A DNA stretch of 62,952 bases, counting the filler, from Klebsormidium nitens (lineage: Eukaryota > Plantae > Klebsormidiophyceae): assembly GCA_000708835.1 (NCBI GenBank). It is 4 parts of 4 records of this genome, joined end to end, with 100 filler letters (N's around TTAATTAATTAA, not from the genome) between each part and the next. Parts side by side here need not be neighbours in the genome. Positions count along the whole stretch, not along the records: positions 1 to 30,490 come from DF237774.1; positions 30,591 to 41,684 come from DF238135.1; 2 more parts are not named here. One strand, 5' to 3'. Below are positions 25,901 to 38,318 of the stretch, in pieces. Under the pieces are notes generated by a model that saw nothing but the letters and a program-made list of their open reading frames with translations, was not told where the DNA came from and made no database searches. The translations under genes and the position numbers were made by a program. Within the stretch, counting starts at the first letter, position 1, and the number at the start of each line of letters is the position of its first letter.

Positions 25901-28900
25901 CGTGCTTCCAGATCTTCGAATCAGAATCTGCTTTTGCATTCGGGAAGGACTCGGGTGAGTCCTTGTTAGATTGAATTTTCCTGCAAAGTCCTGGATATGA
26001 AACTGCTTCCAGGAGTAGCGCACCTCTTGATATCATTGGGCTCTGCTTGAGTTGGACCAGCCTTCAAATTTCCGGAGGCTTTGTTTGTCCACAAAGTCTC
26101 CTGCTTGGCTTGTCCAAGCTCCACCCCAGACCCTGACAACACCAAACACATTGCAAAGTGAGCACCTTTGACATGACCAATCAGAAAAAACTCATCTTTC
26201 GGTGGCCACTTCCACAGCGCCACCTTAAATCTTTAGAGGAGTCCGTTTGAAAAGGCAGGCGTGATCCCGTGCGAAATTCGTCGCGCTAACACATAACCTC
26301 ATTTACTACCTCCTCTTTTCCAGCTCGGAAGCGAACGTGAGGTAGCAGAGCGCCAGCTGGCCGAGGCACGTGCCCAGCTGCGGAAGACAGCCGCCGAGAG
26401 GGAGCCGGATTCCGGCCAGAACGGAGCGGGGCGGGGCCGGAACGGTGCAGCGGAAGAGGAGGCTGGGGCGGCGCTGGAAGAGAAGCTGGCGTCGTTGCAA
26501 GGAGAGCTTATGGACGTGCAGGTACGCTATCCCCTGCATCCTTCCACCTTCACCTTTCTCACTCGTTCTCACTTCCATCCTCGATTCCAGGAAAAGGTAC
26601 GCCTTCTCTTCGGAGACGCCCCTCTTTCACCTATCTGCTCGAAGACAGCCTTCTACCCTAGCATTTGCTTCATCATCTTTTCTGCTTTCCTTCTAAGCAT
26701 CACCCAACCTCTTTTCAGTCACGTACTCGATTACTAGAACACGACTTCTGGGAAGACGCAGAGTGCTTGCACTCTTCTCAACAAACGAATGCTAGAGATG
26801 CTGCCCTATGGGAGACTTGCTTTCGTTTTCACTCAATGCGCATTGGGTACCCTGACGTCCTCGAGAAACTCGACCGCTGGTCCCACATGTTCGGACACTG
26901 AATGCAGGAGAGGTTTCAACAATAGGAGCGATAGCATGTATTTCTTCCAGCCTCTCGAAGCTTATGCTTACAAGACGCAGTTCTCTCCAACCAAGACGGA
27001 AAGCTTGTGGAAGAGTACAGCGCTTGCGAAGAAATCTTCACCTTTTTGTCCGGGTTATTCGTGAGAAGTGCTGTATTCAACGTCATCGCCTGGCCCTTCT
27101 TGTGCTTGACAAAATCTAGATTGTCTGCTCTAACGGCGACCATTGTACAGGTCCACCTGCTCGCAAGTCGCCGCGAGTGCCAGAGCCAAGAGGAGCGCGC
27201 CCTCCGGGCCTCCCAAGATGCTGACGTGGCACGGGATGAGCTGGCACTGCTCAAGAAGACGGCACTTAATGCGCGACGGGAAGCGGAAGAGGCGCAGGCG
27301 CAAGCGAGGGCCGCGGGGGTTGCGTTAAAAGCGATTAAGACGAGGTTAGAGCAGATGGTTTCGCTTAACCCCCGTGGGCGGAAGGAGGATGGGGTGACGC
27401 AAGAGGGATCCCTCGCTGACGACTCGGAGCGCGAGTTGGAAGCGATGGGCAGGGAGGGAGTGAGTAAAGAGATGGTGAAAGTAGCGGAGGGAATTCGGGG
27501 GTTAGAGGAGCGGGTTTTGCAGAAGGAGGAACGGGTAAGGGTTCTGGAGGCGAGGGTGAAGGCTGCGATAGAAACTGTGGCAGCGGAAGAGGGAAAGCTA
27601 AAGATTCTGAGAGAGGAGGCGCGGGCAATGGCAGAAGGGGTCGGGAAGAGACGCGGGCAGAAACTGGAGTTGGAGGCGAAGTGCGAAGAGTTGACTGGTC
27701 AGGTTAGGGCGCTAACCGAACGGTTAGCTAACGAGAGTGCTCGGCTGAAGCTGGTTGAGAATGACGTTATAGGCGCCGGGGAAGACTTTGAGCGGGTCAA
27801 GGAGCGAGTTGGCGCGGCCGAGGCGAAGTTACGGCTGGTTAAGGAAGAAACGGAGCAAGCTAAGGGGGTTTACAGGCGGGTTAAGGAGGAGGTCAGGGAG
27901 GCGAAGCTGGAGTTGAGTAAGACGCGGGGCGAGTTTAGGGAACTAGAGCGAAGGTGGCTGGGATTGAAGCTCGAAGTGACGGGTGCGAAGAGCGGTGTGA
28001 ATGGGCTCAAAGTCAAGGGGATTGGAAGTAGGCGGGACGGGCCTGAAACGGTGGGGTTGGATGGCGGTGTGAGCGAGCTTGACGGTTTTGACGGGGGGAG
28101 CAAGGGGGGCGGTGTGAATATGCTCGACGGATTGAGACTCTCTGCGCCGGAGCTGCTAGGTTCTACATCGCAGAATGGCGGAAAGGGGCGGGAAAAGCAA
28201 ACTAGACAGGCGACAACGTCTGTTGGTCAGGCAAGGGTTTCCGCGGACGTCCATCGGACGGAGGAGCGTGTTCGGACGCCCAATGAGAGTACTACTCCGC
28301 TCGACGTTCCAAGTCGGAGCTGGGATCCCCTCCACAGAAGCGACGGTTCAACGTTGCGGACAGGGCCCGACGGACAACAGCCACGAAAAGCAGCTGCTAG
28401 CCGTTCGGGCAGGTTGACGCGGACGGGTGAAACGTACGAGGCCGGAATGGCGACCGCGGAAGGGGCGGAGGCGCAGCTGCGGGTCGCCCAGAACGGCCTC
28501 GGGGAGTTGCTGTCGCAGATGCACTCGCTGCAGGAGCGCGTGGCGCGGGCGTCCGAGTCGGACGAGTCGCGTAAAGTCAGCGGGCGTGACGTGAGCCGGG
28601 GGGATCCCCTCGAAAGCCTCGCGGAGGCGTCGCTGGCGGCGTGTCTCGAGGGGGTGAGGCAAGTGCACGCTCAACTGAAAGAGGCGTGCAAGTCCGTACC
28701 CCCTGGGACAGATTCGGAGCAGTCCAGTGCCACGTGTCAGCAGGAGAAGCTGCCACGTGGCAGGGACGTGGAGCTCCGGGCGCTGGAGGAGGTGTGCGGG
28801 CAGATGCGGGCGGATCTGTGGAAACTGGCGGAACGGAACGAGGCGCTTCGGCGGGTGCTGCGGTGCGGGGCTTCGGAGCGGGGGGTTGGATTGGCTGGTG

Positions 28901-29022
28901 GATCCGGGGAGGGGAAGAACGAGGGGACGGCTTGTAGTGCGATGAGGCCGTGCGTGAAGTGCAGAAGTCTGAATGCAAAGGTGGGTGGCTTCGCAATTGT
29001 GGATTTTGTACAGCGGAGATGA
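19970..29022 (+). CDS. Large host coiled-coil protein, at least 5 exons (~2400 aa; true 5' end uncertain)
   Basis: Exons 19970-22266, 22870-25769, 26324-26521, putative 6-nt exon 26591-26596 and 27151-29022 splice in frame with canonical GT/AG and consistent phases (1,0,0,0); long E/K/R/A heptad stretches. Confidence 0.8.
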
Positions 29023-30490
29023 AAATATGGCTAAGCATCTGAGCCGTTCCGAGAAATGTTGCTGCTGCTCATCCGATGATGCTGCGCTTCTACCGGTCGT
29101 ACAGCAATCGGTCAACAAGATGTCCTGGCCCGATGCCGTGAGATTGCGGCTGCAAGAAAGATTCCTGGAGCAAGAGTTTGAACGTCAAATTCGGCCTTCA
29201 AGTTGCGCAGGTTAAATCGCAAAGCTTGGCACCACCTTATGGCGCCACGCAGTTTAACTCCAGGTCTTCTCTTGTGACCAGATAACTTAGATTGTTTGGT
29301 TTTCGCTTAATAGTGGTTATGCTGAGTCTACACAGCCCTAAAACCTCTTTGGAAATCTTCGTCCGTCAACGTCCGTCACTAAAACGCTGCTTCCGTGTTT
29401 TTTCGGCGTGCAGTTCCTGGAGATTAGCAACGAGGCCGCACGTCTCCGACTGCTTATGAAGACCCTGAAGGCCCGGATCGTCAGGTACTTGTGATTAGCC
29501 GCAGCAACAGTTTGTATATTATCTAAGGTGAACATGTCTTTCCAGCAGCCAGCTTATTGGGGCTTTTCTTCCTGGCTAAATTGTTCGGGATTGACTCGGA
29601 ACCCGTTTGCGGCTGGTCCGCCAGGTCATGCGCGTTGAACCTGGATAAACCGTGATCTTGGATGATCTGAGACCGGACTGCAAGCATTGCGGACGTCTCT
29701 AAGACCCTGGGGTATGATGAAATAGATGTTGCCTCGTTCAGATTGGTACGGATGGTGCACGAGCTGGCAGCAGCTGAGCCACTGCATTCGCAGAGTGCGT
29801 GATTGATTCGAAATGACATGATGCTAGCTCGTGGACACATCTAGGCGGGATGACGTAAGTATCATGTCCGACCCTATGTACATCGAATTATGAGTCCGTC
29901 TGCACGTGATTTTCATTGTTAGACTCAAGCCATGCCGCGCGCACACAACGTAAACGAACGGATTGCCAGAACATATCAACGGCATTGAGCCGCTCACGAC
30001 GGTACGTGACCCAGAGTGCACTGCACGTACTAGCGCTAATATGCCGGTGCACACAAGATGCACATATTGTCATTCACCGCACTGCACCGCCAGGGGGCGC
30101 TTCTGCAACCTGGCACGTTTCGTACGGGAGTACTTCGACGGACGGTCACTCTGGCCCGGGGCGGTACGCGACGGGCGGCGCCGCTGGCGGCGGGCGCTCG
30201 CTCGTAAGCGCAGGCCCCCACAGGCCTGGCGCCCTTCAATGATGCCAGTATGCCGTCCACTGAGTGAAACTTAGGTATGTGGTCATGTGCCAGATAGATC
30301 TGGCTTGATATTCAGTCATATCATAACTGCGTCGGATGTGAATGCACTGCGTGGTTATGCTAGAAGTGTGACGAAACATTTCCGCCCTGCCGGACCGGAG
30401 TGCCGAGTCCGTACAACCGCCGGGATCGCGGCCGCAGGCTGCGTCAGAACACACCGCCGGGTTTAGTTAGACGCCGTCGTGCGTCCAGGG

Positions 30491-30590
30491 NNNNNNNNNN
30501 NNNNNNNNNNNNNNNNNNNNNNNNNNNNNNNNNNTTAATTAATTAANNNNNNNNNNNNNNNNNNNNNNNNNNNNNNNNNNNNNNNNNNNN
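30491..30590. other. Assembly gap with a TTAATTAATTAA linker (also at 41729-41740 and 59909-59920)
   Basis: The same six-frame-stop 12-mer sits inside N runs three times. Confidence 0.9.
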
Positions 30591-31789
30591 GGAACGGGAA
30601 AAGCACATGTCTGGTGAACGATTCCAATAAGACCTGTCAAGGTTCATGAGTTTCACAAAGTCTGCAATCTGCTCACCCTTGCTGTGCTCTGCCTGTCTTT
30701 TTGTAGATCGCTGGGATTGTGGACACCAAGACCGAGAGGGCCTGGAAGGAATCCCATGATGCGTTCCGTGGCCAAGCGCTGGGGCAATTTGTGGGATGTA
30801 CTCTGCTTTCAGGCCGCAGTGGGGTCGGGTTTCCGGTCCTGTTGACCAACCTGGTGGGGGACTCACATGTCTTCCACGGCGTCCAGGAGGAGGGCGGGGG
30901 TTTTGTGCAGGAAGTCGTATTCAGCAATCAGGCCGCGGCGTTCCAGTATTTTGGGAAGGTGTGCACCCAGGCGGAGGTCGTTCGAAGAAAGAAAGGCAAG
31001 TCACTATCATAATCTTATCTCAAACGAATGTCCGAACTTCTCGTTTGCTGCTGTGGTGCTCGGAAGGGTCTTGTCCACCAAGACAGGTGCTGGCTTCTTC
31101 CCATTCGTCTTTTATGAGCACTGAAAAAGAAGTAGATCGTCTCTGCCGAGACTTTTTTGTTCTTCGGGGTCAATCCAACTTACGGTTGACGTCTTGATTT
31201 TGGGTAGGTATGGAATGCTGTTATCGTGTGACTGAAGCGCTTTTACGGGACTTGCGTCAATGCGTTCACAACAGAAGGAAAGCAATCTCAGATCTTCCCC
31301 CCTTTGGTTTTTGAAAAGTGCTGGAAGCTGGTCAGAGCTGGCCGCTTAGCTTTCGTCCCTCGTGTTGTGACTTTCAATCAGAAATTTTCTTCCTCTGGCT
31401 GCAGTGACAGAACTCCTTGCGGCGCTCGACAACCGACCTCCAAGACTCCCTGCCCCCCAACCATCGTCCCCCTTCCGGAACCCGCTTCATTCTCCGCAGA
31501 GCCACGGGCCTGTTGACAGCGACCTCAGAGAATGTGCGTACAGAGAGGTACGCCGGGAGCAGCCCCTGTTCAACCTGCCACCCTTCGAAATCATGATGGA
31601 GTATTTGTCTAACCTCGAGCAGGGTGTGGCGAGGGCAGCGGAAATCCGCTCGCGTCAGAGCTACATCATTTAGGGGGCCTTTGCTCTGCGTCTGGTTGCA
31701 AGGCTTGAGTCAAGTGTGTCTCGAACCAGTACTCAAAAGAATAATTGGGTGCAAGTGAGCCATGCCAAACAGTTTCTTGAGCGTTCTTT

Positions 31790-32270
31790 TAACAGATGGA
31801 ACGAATCTTGACAATGTGCACTGGTTTGAACGCTGCTGTGTATAGCACGGTGGTGCAAATCGACGGCCTCAAGTCGGACACTTTCTCGCGCGACGATGGA
31901 CATTTTGCATTGGCTTCAAAGCTCTTAGTGTATAGCTTGATGGTGCAAATGGATGGCCGGCCATGCCGCCCCTTTCCTGACCGATGTTGCAGTCCATGGT
32001 ACGAAGCCGTCAATTTGCACTATTCTTGGAGCTTTATTGTATAGCACGATGGTGCAAATTGACAGTCAACCACGCCGCCGCTTTCTTAAGCGTTGTTGGG
32101 TATATGGTACGGAGCCATGGATTTGCATTTGGGCTGCCAAGCTCAATGTATAACTTGACGGTGCAACATGACGGCCGGCCGCGCCACCACTTTCTTGAGC
32201 AAATTTGCAGTTCATGGTATGGAGCCTTGATTTGCAACGTCATGCTCTACAAAGAAGCTTTCAAGAACAA
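31790..32270. repeat. Degenerate ~109-bp tandem repeat, each unit internally palindromic
   Basis: gtatagc..gatggtgcaaattgac recurs at ~31840, 31930, 32039, 32148; units contain gtgcaaattgac...gtcaatttgcac. Confidence 0.75.
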
Positions 32271-32603
32271 CGCTTAGAAGATGCAGTAGTCTACGATCAT
32301 GAGATCGAAGTATTGTTAAAGCATGCAGCAATGCATCTATTGCTCAAACCAATCGGTTCCGGCCAATGACAGTCATTTCTCAAGCTTACTCCTCAAGACA
32401 AATCCTAACGTACATCTAGAGGGTACATCTGCAGACGTGCAATAGCATTGCTAGGTTCAAACGTCTATGCCGCGATGAGCCACTGCGAATATAATCTTGT
32501 ACGTGACCGTGGCTACATGCATTGATGTCGACCGTGTATCGATCGTGCATCAATGCATGCTTGTAAGCAATCATTCCCGTCGCATGTGCCGGTGCCCGGA
32601 TGG

Positions 32604-33037
32604 GTGCCAAGTGACCAAGGACTCGCACCAATTCTTCGCGGTCGCTCGTCGCGGACGTCATCAGAGCTAGCCCGGGCCTTGTCTCGCCGCCGGTGTCCAA
32701 GTGTCCAAGGTCCGCACCAACTTTTCGCGGTCGCTCATTGCTGACGTCATCACAATGCGAGCATGTCCAAGTGTCCAAGGTCTGGCACCAACTTTACGCG
32801 GTCGCTCATTGCTGAAGTCATCACGGTGCGAGCATGTTCAAGTGTCCACGGTCTGGCACCAACTTTTCCCGGTCGCTCATTGCTGACGTCATCACAATGC
32901 GAGCATGTCCAAGTGTCCAAGGTCTTGCACCAACCTTTCGTGGTCGCTCATTGCTGACGTCATCACAGTGTGAGCATGTTTAAGTGTCCAAGGTCTTGCA
33001 CCAACTTTTCGTGGTCGCTCATTGCTGACGTCATCCA
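32604..33037. repeat. 70-71-bp tandem array (6 units) carrying TGTCCAAG-TGTCCAAG and TGACGTCA, 3' of helicase copy 1
   Basis: Units start at 32694, 32764, 32835, 32906, 32977, plus a degenerate unit at ~32604. Confidence 0.9.
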
Positions 33038-33308
33038 TCAATCCAAGCAAAGCTTTTGGCCAACATTGTTGACAACATCATCACATGGAAATCATTGAAT
33101 GCAATCGTGGTTGTTGAGCCATGAAAAAACATGTACCATCAATATACATTGGCGAATTTCAACAAGTGCAGATCATAGTTCCAAAAAGCATGCACACAAA
33201 TGTTCCCAATGTGACTAGAAGAACGTGAAGCTCGTCGGGAGTCTGAATTGCATTGATAGTCACCCTGTCATTACCATGTTTGTAAAACTGTGCAAACATC
33301 GAAGCGTA

Positions 33309-36300
33309 TCATATAGCGTAAGAGCACCTAATCCCCGGATAGTAGAATTGCCGAGGCGAATCGTTGTTCTTGGCCCTCTTGAATCCCTTTGTATCCATCC
33401 TTCTCCTCAACTCCTCATAGGAGATCCTCTTGGAGGAATACTGCCCATAGCAGGCTGCGAACTCAGCCTGCAGTGTCGACAAACCTTCCCCGACCTCGCA
33501 GTGTTGGTCGATGAACATCTGGAGTTTGTCCGCCTCCCGCAGGTACTCGTCCGTTGCATCCTTCACGGCTTTGGGGGGAGAACCAAGTCCCTCTGCACTG
33601 TCGTACCACTCCACCGAGCCGCGAGCTAACCAGGATAGAATCTGCCGACGCGACTCCTCTTCCTTCATGCGTTCCTTCAGGTGATTGTCTCTGAGGCGGT
33701 GGGTTACGTTCGTTGGGTCGAAAGCGTTTGCATCGACGTACGTGTTGGGAAACGGGATTGCTCGCAGTCGGCGCTCGACGTTGTCCTTGATCGCCGTTGC
33801 GCATATTGCAGGAGGGTAATTTGTCTGCACGAACGGTGTGTGCGTGACAGTGAACTCGACGTTGTTTGTGTGGAGGCACCGCGCCTTTGTTGTGCCGCTC
33901 CCTGTCATCGCCAGGACGATACCTAGATCCACCTGATCCTCTTCGGCCGTCTCGTCGGTGACGGCAAGCCGCACGCCCATCAGCTCGTAGATGTGGTTTG
34001 TAGGCGCATTCTTAGAGGAGGCCTTTTGGCCAGGAGCCGTGACGACCGCGTCCTTGGACATCGTGCCGTAGTAATCGCCTACCACAGCCTGCAGCATCTC
34101 CTTCAAGGCACCCTTTCCATTTCCTGCAGAAGGATCAATGAATAAGTTCAGGTCGAGGTATTACCAAGTGAGTGTTGGACCGGCTCCACCGGAGAGCAGC
34201 AGACATTCGTCCATGTGGCTTGAAACTCGACTTGTAAATTTTTGTCAATCGAAAGGCCAATATGCAGGACCACTGATTGGTCGAGTCCTTTGCCACACCG
34301 CCAAATCCTACACTCTCGCAATGCAGGAGCACGGTCCTCGATGTTAAGAGCAGATGCATCTGGAACTCCCTAGATTCGTACTTGCACAATTTTTCCAAGT
34401 CTTGGATCCGAGACCAGAAAAGTCGGAGAATTACCTCCCGCTCCAAGCAAGAGCACAAAGATGTCCTCCCGAGTGTGGCCATTGATGGCGTAGCCAAACA
34501 GCTTCCGTACGTAGTCGACAAGCTCGGCGTCATGGTTGAAGATGTTGCCTATAAAGGCATCCATGCGCGGAGTGGGATAATTTGTCCCCTGCAAGAATGA
34601 TAGGCACACCTGAAAGATTGAATGGATCAACTCTTTGCCTTGTTAAGCGCAAGAGGAATGGCATCATAGCACGTCTTCAAGCAATCAGAGGTTTTGCACA
34701 CTTGTGCCAGGACGGGATTATATGACTCAAAAGCCTTTAGAAGACTCAATGGCAAAAGCATGCGTGCAGATGGCGTGCTCGGATTCTTGTGAAGATAAGC
34801 AATGGAAAAAAAAAGCGTGCAATCTCCATGAACGGTCCGCCAGCTTTCGTAACGTGTTACCTAGTCAATGAAGCGAGTTGCTCAATTTTCCATGGAGCAG
34901 CATGAGGCGGCGGGCTTACCATGAAGTCCGTCTCCGCGAACTTGGAGCACATGTACTACTGGGGCCGGTGCACATCGAGCTCGCCGGTCCTCAGGAGGAG
35001 CACTCCGTTTTTCACGTTCAAGATGTCTGGATCTGCATCCAGCTGCTTGGTAAAGTCGAAATCAACCAACTCCCCACGGAGAAGTTCCAGCGTACTCGTG
35101 ATCTCCCGGCTGTTGTTGTAGGTGCGCAGGCGCCTCAGCTGCTGCATCAGCGCCTCTTGCTCTTTTTCGTCACTGGTCGTCTCAACAGATGCCTTCCACC
35201 CGTCTCTCACTCTCTCACTCGCGCATAGACGATCCTGAGCTGGTTGATAGGCACGTTCTTCACATAGAAAGCGCTCTTCTCGTCGCGAATGAAACGCGTT
35301 TCGTTCCAATACCACCAGCTTTCTCTATCGAAACGCAGCCTGCGGAAGGGCAAATACTTGGCATAAGTGCTAATGAAGTAACGTGTTGATTCACACCAAT
35401 CTCGACCGACGTTCTCAAAGCGTCTTTTATCTTGCGTTGAACAGTGTCAAAAACGGCTCTGATCGGCAGTAAAGCATTTCCAGCAGAGCAAAGCACGATG
35501 ATGATGTCAGCAATGGGCGACCACGAAAAGTTGGTCACAGAGCTTAGACATTTGGACGCGCCCAAACAGGCCCACGTTCTGATGACGTCAGCAATGGATG
35601 ACAACGAAAAGTTGGACACAGAGCTTGGACACTTGGACACGCCAAGACAGGCCCACGTTCTGATGACGTCAGCAATGGACGACAACAAAAAGTTGGACAC
35701 TGAGCTTGGACACTTGGACACGCCAAGACAGGCCCGCGTTCTGATGACGTCAGCAGCTTTGAGAGCTGGTCAATCCAAGATCTGACGAGTATTTTCCGCA
35801 ACTCTTGACATTATCGCAGAAGCTGCTGCTCAAAACCTTTGGTTACCTGTAACGCTTCAAGCAACCAAAAACACGATTCACCGCTGACAGATTTTTCAGA
35901 GCCTCCGACCTACTGGGAACACTCCCGGGACATTCCCACCTGCCGCAGCTTGCATACATCTCAGCGACAATCTTGATGCCGCCGACGTCTCCCTCAAAGG
36001 CCCAGGCGTCTACAAATCTCTTGTGCAGACTGTTGATCGCGCTAACGTCATCAGCACTGAAAGCCCGAGTCTCGCCCCCAGACATCGCCTCCGAGCGCGT
36101 AAGCTCTCCAATCTTGAGCAGGGGGCGGACCCCATGGCACTCCGAGCTGTTGCAGCAATAGAGCAGGTTCTTCTTGCGCACGAGCACGGAAAAATTGTTG
36201 GAACTGTCGTGGTGATTACCGTACGGGCAGCGTCAAGGGCCAGCCACTCGAAAGACGTACATTGGCCCGCTGTCGCCCATCTTGAGGCGATCAAAACGGG

Positions 36301-37715
36301 AGGCGGCCCGTGTCGCCCGTGGCAGCCACACAGGCCTTGACGCGCTCCAGAACCGCTGCTGGGGGAGTCAGCCGAGGGTCTTTGATTGGACGAGGAGGTC
36401 CAAACAGTACAGCCTGCGGCTCACTGCATAAAAGCGGGGCGCTCTGTTGTTGAAATCCTGGAAAACTGGATTGTAGTTGCTAGCACTTTGAATGACCGGA
36501 TCCGAAGTAGACTTTGTGAATAGAGAGACAGAGCCCCCCGAGTCTTTAGCAGAAGCCCGATCGGACAGTGAGCTTGAAAGCCATCAAACGGACCAGATTT
36601 ATCAATCTGAGAAGCATGGCATGCGTGCCACCGGTCGCTAGTGCACAGGGTCTAGTGGCCATCATCGATTAATACCCTACAAGTAGAGGCAAGCAAGCCT
36701 TGGACCGCAACAATCATTAAGATACTTTTAGCAGCTTAAAGACGTTTCAACGGTCTTGCTAACACTCCCAAATCTATAGAAGCGTGGAGAGGTCGGAAAA
36801 ATGATGCTTTTCAATCGCCTTCGCTGACGTAACTTCTCAAAGACACCAAAAGGTGCGCTGAAGCTTGGACAACACAGACATGCCCAGTCAAAACCAAATG
36901 CCGAACCAATTGAACTCAAATGGATTGCGTTACACTCTTCTACTCGTATCAAATATCTACCGGATGCAGAAAAGATAAAGTCAAAGACGACTTCAAGGCC
37001 ACGTATGGAGCACTGAGTAGTACATACCGGGCCCCATCACCATCCCAAGGCACCCGCCCACGGCCGCTTGGCGCTTCGCCGCTGTCGTTCAAGATGCGAC
37101 TGAGCCAGTCGGGCGCGGCTCGGAGATTGGAGCGGTTGGGCAGAATCTCGTGGTCCCACTTGTAGCAGCGCAGCGTGCCGTCGAGGCCCGTGTAGCTGCT
37201 AGGTGCGGTGTACAGCATTCCCCGCCTTCCACGGACATCAATGCCCACCGCTTTGCCCTTGTACCGAATCTTTGCCTTGTTGGCAAGTTGCACAGGCCGG
37301 CCTTCTCGGACAGAGACAGAGAAAAGAGGATGTGCAGTCCTCCATTTCCTTGGAGGACTCGCGGCGTGTCCTCCAAAAACCCTCCATGCTCTTCGAGCAT
37401 TTGCTCGAGTGCTTCGAAGCCCCCGTCCTTGACGTCAACATCGAGAGCATAGATGTCCGACTGCTCCGTGATAATGGCGATAGAGTTGCGCCCTGGCTTG
37501 GCAAACTCCTGGAGACAGTTGCCAAGGTTTGCCTCCTTCCAAGGCTTGGACTCGGAGCCCCAATTGCACGGCTGCTTCCGGACTTGACCGTTTGGAAACT
37601 GCTTTTCGAGAAGGTCGTGGGTGACTGTCACAACGCCAAGGCTGTGGAAATGATGAGCGGCGGCCAGGACGGAGTCGATCGCCAGTACAGGAGCTTCGAT
37701 AGATGGGCTCAGTCC
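33309..37715 (-). pseudogene. Primase-helicase copy 1: Prim-Pol + Zn ribbon + D5_N + SF3 helicase + wHTH; at least 3 spliceosomal introns; inactivated
   Basis: Prim-Pol motifs YALDVDVKD, GLHILF, GIDVRG; Zn motif RCPYGNHHDSSNNF..LLYCCNSSEC; introns 35340-35846, 34589-34919, 34124-34434 restore RYR|LRFDRESWWYW, DFM|GTNYP and Walker A GAG|GNGKG; Walker B LAVTDE; motif C QTNYPP; ERRL. Lesions: frameshift ~37280, TGA at 36233-36235, frameshift ~35210, TAG at 34956-34958. Confidence 0.9.
35499..35756. repeat. 81-bp tandem array (3 units + partial), inverted relative of the 32.6-kb array, inside the 35340-35846 intron
   Basis: tgatgacgtcagcaat...gaaaagttgg...cttggacacttggacac at 35499, 35580, 35661, 35742; reverse complement matches the 32694-33037 unit core. 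Confidence 0.9.
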
Positions 37716-37802
37716 CTGGAGGGAGAAAAGATGGATTTTTTAGATCAGCCTGCTCTTGATCTTGAAAGGCACTCAAGCATGCCCCACTATTGGAAGAAAA
37801 GG

Positions 37803-38043
37803 TGATGTCAGCAAAAAGTTTCCACCCAAGAGTTTGGCAAAAGCTTGGACACGTGGACACCTGTTGTATCGAGCCTCGACTCCGAGGGTCCGTGTCGAAA
37901 GCACAGGAACGCCGAAGCGTTTAGCAGATGTATGGACCGTCCAGTTGGTCGGACTGTGCAGAAGAGTCGTTGAGGAACTGGAGTGATGACGTCAGCAAAG
38001 AAAATCCCCTCCAAAAGTTTAGTAAAAGCTTGGACATGTGGAC
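37803..38043. repeat. Two further diverged copies of the same motif between divergent primase and YR-like genes
   Basis: gatgtcagcaaa...aaagcttggacacgtggacac (~37803-37860) and tgatgacgtcagcaaa...aaagcttggacatgtggacag (~37983-38043), each followed by tgtatcgagcct. Confidence 0.7.
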
Positions 38044-38318
38044 AGTGTATCGAGCCTAGGTTGTCTTATGGAGAAAGTGACGGAAGCATGAAAAAACTGA
38101 GGCGGATATCTGAACTGTCCTGACTTTATTGACGTGTCGTCAAGAAACTGGTGCACTTTTCTCCAACAAATGCCGCTGCCGATAGCATTTTTCAAGATAT
38201 AAATGTTGTGCGACTTTTCCTTGTCATTATTTTATGACATCAACGGTTGATATAAATAGGTCTGCACGTCTGGTCATGTGAAAATTATTGTCGAAGCTCT
38301 ACTATATGATCAATAAGT

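Noticed and set aside
30535-30546. TTAATTAATTAA palindrome repeated at 30535, 41729 and 59909
   Set aside because: Always inside N runs and gives stops in all six frames; an assembly linker, not biology. It also makes cross-gap adjacency uncertain.
32604-33037. Tandem arrays (also 35499-35756 and 49020-49330) as CRISPR arrays
   Set aside because: Whole units are repeated with no unique spacers, there are no cas genes, and the context is eukaryotic.
34882-34889. AAAATTGA (Mimivirus early-promoter word) on the minus strand
   Set aside because: A single occurrence inside an intron, not upstream of any element gene; expected by chance.
35444-35785. ORF with a repeated 27-aa unit (also 35260-35721 and the 32.7-kb ORFs)
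   Set aside because: A by-product of the 81-bp (multiple of 3) intronic tandem repeat; the same motif has a 71-bp period elsewhere, so it is not constrained as coding.
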